DNA of 64,000 bases from contig CM120641.1 of NCBI GenBank assembly GCA_051362555.1, positions 11,842,001-11,906,000 on the forward strand. The letters run 5' to 3'. Both the position numbers and the translations under genes were made by a program. The stretch comes from Lingula anatina (Eukaryota > Animalia > Brachiopoda). Each line of letters starts with the position of its first letter. Within the stretch, counting starts at the first letter, position 1. Shown piece after piece: positions 1 to 13,003 of this stretch. A model generated the notes under the pieces. It did no database searches and was not told the DNA's origin. It was given only the letters and a program-made list of their open reading frames with translations.

Positions 1-152
1 ACACCAATCAAATATGTTCAGCTAAGAAAAATGCACCTCTTGCCCTATAATGACAATAACTTAGAACCTGAACTGACAGTATGTCTCCAGCATGCAGTTA
101 ATGTTAAAAATGCTCCATTTTTTTCTTTTGCACTAGGTGTAATGGTTGTTTC

Positions 153-962
<810 letters not shown>

Positions 963-1144
963 TCAACTCACATCTTGTTTTGCAGATCTACGCAGAATTA
1001 CTTAGATTTTATGTGACATCTGCTTCATCATCAATTTTATTGTTTGAGAAAAGCGCAGAAAAAGTGTGTAATGAAGATGCTCTACATGAGCACAAAGCTT
1101 ATTAAACATTCCGAGCCTTCTAAATATTCTAAAATACAACTTAC

Positions 1145-1555
1145 CAAAATTATATATCAATCTACTATTACAGTTTCCTGTGACTTATTATATGCTTGTC
1201 AACCTGCTGCTCGTGACTCCTGCTAACTTCGTTTGTTTTTGTCACCTGTCATTGGTGGATGGTTTTGAGTGCGGGATTGTTTGACCTGCTGAAGTACTAC
1301 TTCCGAGTTCATGTCAACACGAAAGCAGCTGTCGTGAGCAACCAGTGTTCGCGTTTCGCGTTGTAGGTTGGTCAAGAACAGTAACCGTTGAATGTATCCC
1401 GCATGGATAACTGAAGTTTGACTTTTAGCGTGGACTCAGCGGATAAATGGAAATCTTTTAGATGAAAAAATGAGAGCTGTATAAGTTTGCCTTTGTTTTT
1501 CCAAAGTTTCGCATAGCACACAACTTCGCAAGTATAATCGATCCTAGTTGAAAGC
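1145..1555. promoter_or_regulatory. Probable bidirectional promoter between TMEM229B-like (-) and the type I membrane protein gene (+)
   Basis: About 400 bp separate the 5'UTR donor of the minus gene (1144) and the ATG of the plus gene (1556). The stretch is visibly richer in CpG than the flanks. Confidence 0.6.
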
Positions 1556-4500
1556 ATGCGGACGTTCTACTTACTGGTCGCAGTACTTCTCTACAGTCAG
1601 GCAAGTTTTTTTTTTGTTCTAAATTTGTTTAATTGTTTGATATCTGTTTCTGCTCCTGTATGTGATTCGACTTAAATTTTAAACTATAGATTTTATGACA
1701 ATGAATTCTATAAAGTTTATTGATTTTCTCCGATTTTTCATTTTTAAAGAAATAATATATAAGAAAGGTAGCAAAAGTGACATCACGAAGCAAAATCTAA
1801 AAAATGTAATTATAGAATAATTTTATTTAAAAAAAGCAAAAATTAGAAAAGTCAAAGAAAAAAAGGAATAAAACATTTGATAATGAATTGAAATGGTTGT
1901 AGAAATTAAGAAAATTTCCCTTAATAAAGTTGACATCAACTTCCACAAAAGTTATTGAGATAACATCATTATTGCCACCACTTTATTAATTGTACTATGT
2001 ATCACATATCATCTGTTATGTGATTTTATGTTTCAGTATGAGAAGAGTGAAGCCAATATGTTCTGTATAAGGAATTCAACAAACTGCACAGAAATTGAAG
2101 AATGGCGAGATGAGTTGAGGAACTTCACTAAAGATGTATGGTTAGGGTCATTCCCGGCCTTCCCAGGAGATCTTATCTTCAATAACCAGACTTTACAGGA
2201 TTATGGTTTAACACATAATATTGATATAAAATTAAAAAATGCGGAGTTAGAACATTTTACCATCACATTAAATGAAACCCTTTGGCCTCAAGATGAGCAC
2301 AGTTCAAGTTTACCCCCTGTTATTACTACCAAACCTACTGTAATTATATCAAGCACTGGAGGTGATGATAATGGGAAAATGACTACAGTGGCCGTTTCCC
2401 ATGCTGACAGTAGCAATAAGGCAAATACCATTTGGACATTATCCCCAGATGCTACAACAATGGCAGCAACATCAACAGGAGCAATGAGCTCTGATCAGAC
2501 ATCTGCCTCGGTTGCTGCCTCAACTACTGGGGCAAACTCTGGGATGCTTGGATTGGGCCTTGGAATAGGAGCTGCGTTACTTATACTTATCCTTGTAGCA
2601 GTTGTGTTATTCATAGTATGCAGGTGAGTTAAGAGGGGAAGATATTATCTGTTCATGCCTTTGTACCTGTATTGCCTCATAAAATCAGAAATATGCAAGG
2701 TGGTATTCAGGTGCCATGATCTTTTCATTTTAAGGACAGGTATTTGATAATATGAAAGGATGGTGCAGTCCAGGTTTTTAACTCTTAAACTAAGTGGCAA
2801 TAAATGCCACTACTAATAAGTGGCATAATTTGTTATTTGATTAATAATTAACTGACCATCATTGGCCTGTATATAATATAGCACATTATTACTAATAGAT
2901 CAAGTATTAACATCATAGAAGCTTAAGGAATTGCTGATCAAATTTAGCTGGAATTGTCAGATTTCAGAACATAATATGTGTGCAGAACATAGACTAGGTA
3001 CGTAACAGACTGAGCAGCACTTTGAAGTTTTGCCCCACACAAATAACTCATTGTTATGTGATATTAAATCAAACTAACTGGAGTTGCCCTCCGGGGCAAT
3101 ACTAATTGATCAGTTTATTTTAATTGCAAGTTTTTCATTGACATGTACATTTCACCTATTTCTACATTGTGTATTGACTGATGAAGCATCTGACACAAGC
3201 TTGTTATTAATCAATCCATTTCTCATCTCCTCTTTCTCACTGACCCAAAGGAGAGAGAAAACTTCTTTCACAAGGTCCGGGTATCACCATCCACCTTGGT
3301 TTTGTGACAAGGAAACCCAAGTTTAAACAGAGTAATTATCAATTGCATGTAGAAGTTTTCACTAGAAGTGCTAGTTCTGTTGATAACATCACCTGCAGTT
3401 TCATGTTCTCCCTGCGCAGCTGGAATGCACCAAATGGTAACAGTAGCATTATGTAGCACAGCAGTCACATAGCATTATGGGCACTGTGGCATAACTTGGT
3501 CCAAGCAACAACATAGCTGTTAAGACTTTTTTTGAGATATAACAATGATTATTTTTATGTATGCAGTCACCCTTTTAGAAAGTAGCAATTTTATCCCCAG
3601 TACCCAGTCCTTATGAATATTCTCCTCCACCCGTGTTATATTCCTAGCCCAGGCTATTTTGACATCGAATATAATGAGGAAATTTCTTTGACTTTCAAAA
3701 CATGCTTTGGAAATGGCTGTATCCTAGCTGTATTTTAAGGAGAACATGTTTAAAACGTTGGAAGAGCAGTTCACCATTTAAAATGGAAATATTTGGAAGA
3801 TATGAAAAAAATTTAATCCTCATTATCTCACATAAAAAAATGAGTAAATTAGATGAAGCTTCATGCTAACCTTAAGTTTTCTACATTAAGTGACTTGCCC
3901 CTCTGTTTTAATATATGCCACTCTCCCTTCCTAACCGACAATTAAAACTTTCAGCATAACCTAGTCCTTGCCATTCTGAAGACACTTTGCTAAAATCCTT
4001 ATGAATACTAAAATCAGCATGGGTGAATGGAATGATATCATATACTAGTGACAGTATTCTTTTCCCATTTGACTGCCAAGAGCTTAGTGTGGATATGTAT
4101 CTGTATATATATGAACAGGTGCATGAAATTGGCAGTCTTTGTACATGTTTAGACTATTAGTTGCTTTTTTTGTGTATTTTTATGGAGTGCCACAGTCAAT
4201 TTCACAGGGTTCTGCATTTCCTTGGGTTGCACTAGACCAGAGAGCTTCCATTAAGTTTCATTTTCTTTTATTGTCATTCACTATGTTCCCTTAGGAGTTT
4301 TGGAGGTGTAATTTATCATCTGTAAATGAAATTAAAGAAAAAACCTAGTATATGTAGTTTTCAATGAAGATAACATTAGATTTGTACATTTGTCAAAGCT
4401 TTATCATATTCTGATTTGGTACAATATTTTGTGTTGCAGCAATGATTTTTGGCTTAAACTTTCTTACTCAGTTTTTTTAAATTAAAGATTAATCATGGTT

Positions 4501-5533
4501 TCACTGTATTATCTTTATATTTCAATAATGCATAAAATGGAGATTAATACATGAAACAATATCACCAAAATAACTTCATGAAGTGAGAAATGTGATCCAT
4601 GAAAGCTCTTTTGAGTTCTAATTTCCTAATTGTCTATAAAGCATATGTGTTTATCCTAAACTTAGAACAATAGATTTCAATATACACTATAGATTAGTTA
4701 ATTATTCAATAATTTTCTTCAAACGTTTTGGTGTTATCTGGCTCATTAATTAAATAGCGTCAGCAGTGTTCACAGCAAACTATAACACATAACTTTCTTT
4801 TCTCAAGTATTTGGAACAAACCCAGCAACAGTGGACTGCATGCATACATTGTTTGGTTTTTCTTTCAGCATCATGAGTTCAGTTGCTTGTTTAATTGATT
4901 TGTGGTTGAGGGTTTGTTATCTTTATAGTTTATTTGCTATCCTCTGATAACCTCTTTGTTGCAGTTTATACAGGAAAACGCGACACAAGATACACGGGAA
5001 ACATTCTTTCAAAATACCAGCCATGCACAGAGATTTGTTTTTGAAAGTGAAATATATTTGTTTGAATAATATATTTGTACACATAACTTTGGGTGAATGT
5101 TACGTATATTTTGGTTTTATTTGCTTGGTTTTGTTATTTTCCTTTTGCTAACAATTTGTTGTTTTTTTTTAAATTATATTTCTTCTCCATTTAAAACTCA
5201 GGAAAATGTGATTAAGAACATTATAATAAAATGAACAATGTTGGAATGCATCTTTTTTTCTCTCTGCAGACGTACAAGAAAAAATAAGGAAAGCTTAGGT
5301 GTAGCTGAGACAACTGTGGAAGGGAACAATTCAACCTTTAAATCGGTAAGGGGTTATCTGCGCATTTTATCTCTAATGATGTGCTTCAGTGAATAAGTGC
5401 ATGATCCCTCTTCAGACACCACCCATGTTTGCAGTGATAAGCCTTGCATGCTTGTTAATGTTGAATAAAGGGTAAGAAAACAAAGTCTTTTTAAGATCTT
5501 TGTTTGGCCTGTCTATCCCCCACCCTTTTCCTG

Positions 5534-5569
<36 letters not shown>

Positions 5570-8500
5570 TGTGAATGTATGTATGTATATACAGGTATAT
5601 GTGCCTTTGTTAGAGCCCTCTATATATGAGTCTTCTCTCTATATATATATAATGTATTCAGATTCTGATAAGGCCCTAATTGCCCTTCACATGCACTTTT
5701 AGGGAGGGAACAACTTTAGTCCTTATGCATCACCAGAACATACATGGATGTAGTCTGTCTGCTCTCCTAACTTATTATGTGGGACACAACTGTCACCGAT
5801 AATATAGAGGGTGACGCACTGGTTGTGATAAAACATGACAAGGGTTAATGATGTTGGTCTGTCTTTCAAAAAATGTGTTATTTATTTAAAAAGTAAAAAA
5901 AAAGCTTAATCAGCTGCAGGAGCCCATGTGTTAACACTTGAGTGTGTTACAGCTGATGGGTGGATGTTGCATTATTTCCTGGTTACTTGCTGTTCACCTA
6001 CAGCCTTCTATGTTCAACCAAAAATGTACTATTGGATGTTATAATGTAAAAAATAAAAGTTAAAAGTAATCAAACAAAGATGATTACATTTGGGGATTTT
6101 TGTCAGCTGTTTGTATAGAAGATTAGATGCGTGTTGATGAATTTGGTTTGAGGTTCGTAGCCACAGGTTCCAAGTCTTTGGATTTGTTAAATTTTGTGGT
6201 GTGATGTTCATTGCATTGCCTACTTAGGCTTACTGAAGTAAAATAATGTGCCAAGGGCGTTCCGTTTTACGCTTTTGAACACTGAACAGTCCATTACTGG
6301 GTTTTTCATTTGTAGCAGTTTATGGCCAAAGCACTCGAGGCTATCAATGGTTTCTATCTGATTAATCGAAATGATAAACAAGAAGTAATATACAACAATT
6401 GAAACTGATTACTTGGTGGGTGTTTAGTAGCATTTTGTGTAGAAAATCAAAAAGGAGTGGATATTTGTGGCTTTTGTTTCATGTTTTAGACATTGTAATG
6501 ATGGTCTTGATGGGACAGAAAGAATTTGGACCAACAAGGGAAGGGCCACAGAAGAATTCCATGACCAGAGGTCTTCGTGTTCAGGAGTAATATTAGTTTT
6601 CATTTTGTGTAGTTTATATCCCTTGTCCAAAACTAATCTCTTTTTAACATCTGCACTATAACAGATAGAAATGTATGCGGTCTTTTCATTGCGGTTGATA
6701 TTCATCATGGCACAATACTTCAGTCAGCTCAGGCCGTCAGGATTACTGGCAGGGGTCTGTGATTAAAGAGAACAATGCTTGTTTTTTTACTCACAAAATT
6801 GATTTCTTTTCTCACTGTTATTTCACCATGCCCTTTGATGTATGACATTAAATAGATTAATGCCAAGAACCCTAGCAGTGTTTGCCATGTCTATTGCCAG
6901 TAGGCTGAATGTTGAAAGGTTTTTCTTAAAGTCAGGATATAGGTAATAGAGAAATTATGCTCTGGTGTTATGGGAAAGAGTTACATGCAATAACTACCTG
7001 GCAGATTTATTTATCATGTTTACATGTTTGCGCCATGTTCTGGATGAGAAATGTCTTGACAAACAGTATTCTATTGTTATGAAAAGTAAAAATGCTGTGA
7101 TCTTGAGGAATTTATGCTTGCAAACAAAAATCATTTTCACTAAATGTTGAAAACTCTTTGTCACAAAAGGAAAAATAGGAAAGAACCATTTTTTCTACAT
7201 TTGTCATTGATTTTAATGACTACAACAATTGTCATGCAGGAGTGAGCCCAGAAAAGTGCTTCATCGATTTATTTTTCATAAGCAGTAACCCTGAGGAAAC
7301 TTACTTCCTTGTGCACACTTCCTTGGTTTATTTAAGTAAACACTCCACAGCTCAGCAGCAGTGAAACAATTCAGAATTAATCAGGAACCAACCACTAGTA
7401 CAACACCAACATTCTGTAAACACAACACTTACAGGAGACACTTTTTGTCAGGTAGCCAAGACAGTATGGCATGTGTTGCATTACAGTACACAAAATATTG
7501 AAGTAGAAAATCACCAATAACTCCCAAGATTGTTACTGTTCCTATTATTGTATGGAAAATGGGGCTAATTGAGCAGAGAATGTTGATTAAAACGTGGATA
7601 TGGGCTGGGGCTTAATTAGCAGTTTTTAGGGATTGAATGGAAGTGGAAGTCTATTCATCAGTGTAGGAAACCTCTATACTAGCTGGTTAAAACTTGCTAT
7701 GAGTGCATGGCAAGCAGTGGAGTTTTGACCTTTCAGTTTATTCAGAAATAATATTTATCAACATTGCCATGGTGATATGTTAACTTAGATAGGGTGTTTA
7801 TTGGAAAGTCCAGGGTAATCAGGTAGCTTGTAGATTGTGTGATAATCAAAAAGACAGTGCCATGGGCCGCCTAGTTTATCTATCAGTAGGGTGTTTATCA
7901 ACTATATCTTGTGTTTATGGGTATTTCCTCACCTGTGACTGCAGGTTCTCCTGACTGACAGGAGAGGAGAAGGACGTGACAGCACAGCCATGCTGAAGTT
8001 CAAATTAGTCTAGCTAATAGCACTGGGACCTGCCAAGTGCCTGGGGTGCATGATGACATGCAACAGTTTTACATACTCAATTACAGTTTCTGTGCCAGAG
8101 TTGGTGGCTAACTATCAAACTTTATTCAGAGTTGATTTGCTGGGAACTCTTTCACTTTCTCTCTTTGACAACTGAAACATTCTTTCAATTTTACCTTTTT
8201 TTTTTTTGAGCAAGACATTTTTTTCTCATTTCAAAAGATTGCTATGACTGGCATGATTATATAAGACAAAATCAATATGTTGAATGGCATTGAATAAGGC
8301 ATCTGTAGGACACACACAGCAACTGTTTTTCAATGTTGGAGTGAACTTTCATAGCTGATAATATGCTCAGTATTTAAGTCATTTTGGAAAATCTGATGAA
8401 TAAAAGTTCAGTATATTGGAAACATATTTGATCACCTCTGTTTTTTATGTAGGCTTTGGCAGTTAATTTAGAGGAAGGGATCAATGCTGCCTTCTATTTG

Positions 8501-11500
8501 TTAGAGAGGTGGTAATCTGGGTTTGATTTATTACCCATTACCATCAGTTTAAATGCTGTAGGATTCTTTTGAAGCTGCCCATGTCGGTGCTTCTTTGTTC
8601 AAGGATATCTTGTGATAATTTTTATTTCATTGATGTCATTTCTTTCAAGGGTAAAGGCACTTTGTGTTGATAGCAGATTAGTGAAGCTTTCTCTTATTAC
8701 TCAACCTTATATACCAATTGTTGCACGTTTGGATAGATCTGCTCATTTGAATTCAAAGTTATAAGCAAATTTCTTCAAATAACATTAATTGATTAAATAA
8801 GTCTAAGGTAAGAAAGACATCATGTCTAAAAGTCACTTTTGTATTATCCATTTTCACTCTCCTGGGCAGTGGGGTTATGGGGGGGTGGGGGTAAAAAACA
8901 AACCTTTAAACAGTGAAAAGGTCTGCGCTGATAAAAAAGTATGATCTAGATTCTATGCCATTATGGTAAAAGGTCCTTTAATTTTTTTCAGAAAAGCCCA
9001 CCCCCCCTTCCCGGCCCCAATTTTAAAATTACTGGCTACATTCCTGGTCATTCATGTCTGATTAATATTTTAAAGATCTTGAATTAGCTCAACATTTATG
9101 ATTTCCACTATATTCTAGAAATGGGGAAAATGTTTGTGTTGTTTAACTAATGTGTATGACATAGAGGCGTCAGAAGTAATCTTGTCAAATAAGGAATTGA
9201 TGTGAACATGTTGGCAAAATAATAGATTTAATAGCCAAAATAGAATTTAAAAGTCACACAGGGAAATTGATCATTTGTTTGCTTCCAGGATGGGCAAATG
9301 TCTCACTATATGTGTAAATTCTACATGTCTTCATTGCATATGGCATTGAGTGATTATATGGTTGATATTAACTGGCAGTGTGGCTTTGCTATGGTTTTAA
9401 GGATTGTTCTATTTCAGTATAAATCCCATATGATTTTGCAGTCACAACACAGCTTATCAGCTCAAAGTCTCATTTTTTCCCTGTCAAGATGGTATTTAAG
9501 GCACATGACAATTTGAGGAATTGGTACATGTGCAAAGAAAAAAATTCAACTTGAATGTAAAAGAAAAAAGAGAGATTAGTCATGAGATTTCTTTATATGA
9601 TCTCAATAGTAATCGGTTGTATTCTGGATACAGTTTCTCATAAATTAGTTCATACAGAAAGCTGATAAGTCCTGTTGAATTCATAACCTCAGGAGTGAAG
9701 GATATTTATTTTGTCTGAGAGATCTCTTATAAGCCTCTTTTACCCAAACAGAGTCGATTCAGAACTATTAAGCCTCAATTGTAAAGTCTGCATGAGATCA
9801 CCTTAGAGATTTTACTTAAAATTGATGGAATATAGGGTAATTTATCACCAGTAATCTGGCCAAACCAGTGACAGCTTCTCATTTGTATTCAAACCCCATA
9901 ATCAGAGAGCCACCTTGAGTGACATTTATCACTGTGGCATGTAAAATTAAATATCATGACTACCTTTTATAATCCTACTAGAACCTACCAAGTGCTTTTT
10001 ATTATTTATTATTATTATTTATTGCGGTTCAAGTACATTTTTTACAATGACTATGACCTAACAGTATACATAATATAATCCAGGCGCAATGCCAGTAATC
10101 TATATTACTGGCATTGCGCCTCACACCTTTTTATGACAGGTAAATAAGATCAGTTTTGGTTATTTAGTTTGAGTGATAGAAGCTCCTTGAATTCATTGAG
10201 GAATGAGGACTGTTTAGATTTGAATAAAATTCAGAGTTTGATTCAGTGGGTGCTTTTACTGGTATGTAATTAAGTTCCTGAATACAGGTCTAGAAGATTT
10301 TTTCACAGCATCACAGTATTTCGAGATTTAAAATTCAATTCCAGACTGGCCTAGGCTCAAGTTTGAGATAGAAAAATGCAGAAATAGCCTTCTCATTAAA
10401 TTTTTAGTCAAATACAAAATAATCTTTTAAAAACCTCTAAAGGAGATGTCTTGGATTTTTTACATGTAACTGATATCTGCAGCTCGCAAACTTTTTTTTT
10501 TATTTTTTCATGGCCAATATGTCATAACAAGGAACAAATTCCACAGAGACCTCTGTCCAAACATAGTCAACCAATGTAGCTGCCTAATTTGCTAATCTTC
10601 ATGTTATTTTGAGTTCCCTAATGGGAAGCTTAATGTGCTTATCTTCTGAATTATTTGTGTGGTTAATGGCAAACCATTAAAAAAGTAATACTGCTATCAA
10701 TAGATAATTCAATTCATGAGACTATATCATAAAAAATCAAATTAAAATGATGATAAATCAGAAGTGTGTTTCTAATGGTGGTGACAGTTCTCAAAGAGGG
10801 TACTGTGTGGCATCACTAGAAGACACATAGATGAATCATTTGATGGTAAAGCTGTTGAAATGGGTGCATGGGGAATCTGAAGTTCCCCTTCTTGTGCAAT
10901 GTCTGTCTGACCACATGTGGCGATATCACATGATAGCACATGAATTTAGTTATCTTTTGTTACTTTTTGACAATCTACCTGCATCAGGGTTATATAAATA
11001 AGTGATGAAGTGGTTTACATCACACATAATACATAAGCAAATTAAATTTCCTGATAACTTGGTAAAAGGTACACTTGTTTCATGGGGTGCAACTGCTTCA
11101 AGTGGCGAGAAAACATTTATGATTGTAAAACATCTTCACTAGAGGAGTGGGCTGCTTGTATTATGCCCAGGACTCTGGCACTAATACTGAAGTTAATTTT
11201 CCAAGCTTCACTTATTTCGGAGAGCTCCTGAATGTTATTTACAGCTTCTAGAAAGTGTTTAATGAGGATTAATGCAGAAACAACACAGACTGTACATTAA
11301 TTTTGCTGTCAAAAATCAAATCCCAGTGGACTTGAGATCTTTATATTGATTGCACAAGAAATATAGCTTAATAGTTGTGTAAGTGTGTTTTGGATATTGA
11401 ACTGACTGGTGAAGGGGCCTATTAATCTCTTATGTCGAATTAATGCCCATGCAATAGAAGACATTGTTGGTGAAGGAAGAAAGGGCTTTGATTATTGACT

Positions 11501-12968
11501 ATTTTGAGGCTAAATTCTTGTTTGATTTGGTTTCTATCTTCATATTATATAGTCTGTAAGTCAATAAAACAACAATACGTACATTCTGGCTATAGATCAA
11601 AAACAAATTTCTGCAGAGACCATTCTAATTCTATGACCTTAAGCAATGGATAAAAAGTTGATTAAATAAACTATGATATTATTAAGATATTAATTTCAAA
11701 GTTGATTAAATAAACAAGGGTATTAATAAAAAATTGATTTCAGGAAAAAAAACATTCCTGACTATATTTGGCTTTTCGGTGCGGAAATTGTATTTATTTA
11801 TTTCTACTCATCTGTATCATATATTTTATAAAAATGTCAGAAGAAGACAAATAAGAACAAAATTGAGTCACTGTCCGTATTTGAAATAAGTTCAGTCTTT
11901 ATTGAAGAGCTCATGCACTCTTTTATAAAAAAAAATTCCCACATTGTTCCCATTGGGTTTGAGTGTAGACAAGTTGGTCATTGATTAGGATATGTGTTGA
12001 GAGCAGCAGGACTTTATGTGCACCCTCTGGGGAGTCGCGCTCAATGAAGCCAATAATTCACAGTGCGGAAATATAGAGATTGATTTGCCAATCATTTCAC
12101 ATATTGGAAATAGTGAAAGGTTAAGGGCCAGCAGGCCAGGTCACGGGCACCCTTTTTTCTTGCTTTTTAAGACAATATAGTTTTTCTTTGCTGAAAACCA
12201 ATGCATGGAATTAAAAACAAGTTTATCTGGAGCTTTCATCCATAAAAGAGAGATTAATTTAGTGTAAAAGAAAAAAAATGTAGGTTTTAAGCAGATTTGC
12301 ATTCAGATGGAAATCTAAAAGCTGCAGCTAATTCTGAGCTTTTACCACTTTTTTCTCTCCTAGGAACACTGCTAAATGAAGCAGATAATGCACTCTTCAA
12401 AAATAAAGATTGATCTGGCAATTTCTCCAGCAAATTAAAATGGGATACATGCAGAAAGTCCTGAGACAAATTAGCTGTCACACAGTTTGAAATCCTAGGA
12501 TCAGTTGAAAAATGAGTTGATGCCAAATTGCAAATTGAGCATGAATATAATTAAGAATGGATTCCTGTTACCCTCAAGCCAGTAACTTTTATTTTGCCTT
12601 TCGCTTATTGTTGTCTATCAATGTTGTCTGGACTGGTCAGGATTTTATCTGAGAAAGTGGAATTTTAAACATTAAAATGCTAGTCTGACACTTGCATGAT
12701 ATGAATTCTCTGCATAAGTGTCTGGCAAATGGAAGGTTGTCCATGGCATCTCCTTATGACCAGGTGTGCTTCAGTTTAGCAGATGTTTATCTTTCCTTTC
12801 CATTAATTTTTAGTATTTGTTCCGTAAATGTCAAAATGTCTAAAGAACCTGTTTTATTTGTGTCAGAATTTTAGAGAGAGGGGCTTGTTTTTCATACTAT
12901 TCTGTGGTGTCATTAGGTTACACTAGCATGTGTGCACACTCACATATATTTACAAATATATGTACACG

Positions 12969-13003
<35 letters not shown>

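Noticed and set aside
8865-9046. G-run/C-run pair ending in CTGGCTACATTCCTG, a possible decayed MITE or G4
   Set aside because: No matching left TIR or TSD could be identified.
11002-11054. GTGATGA...CTGA resembling a box C/D snoRNA
   Set aside because: No convincing terminal stem, C'/D' boxes or rRNA-complementary guide; expected by chance in AT-rich DNA.
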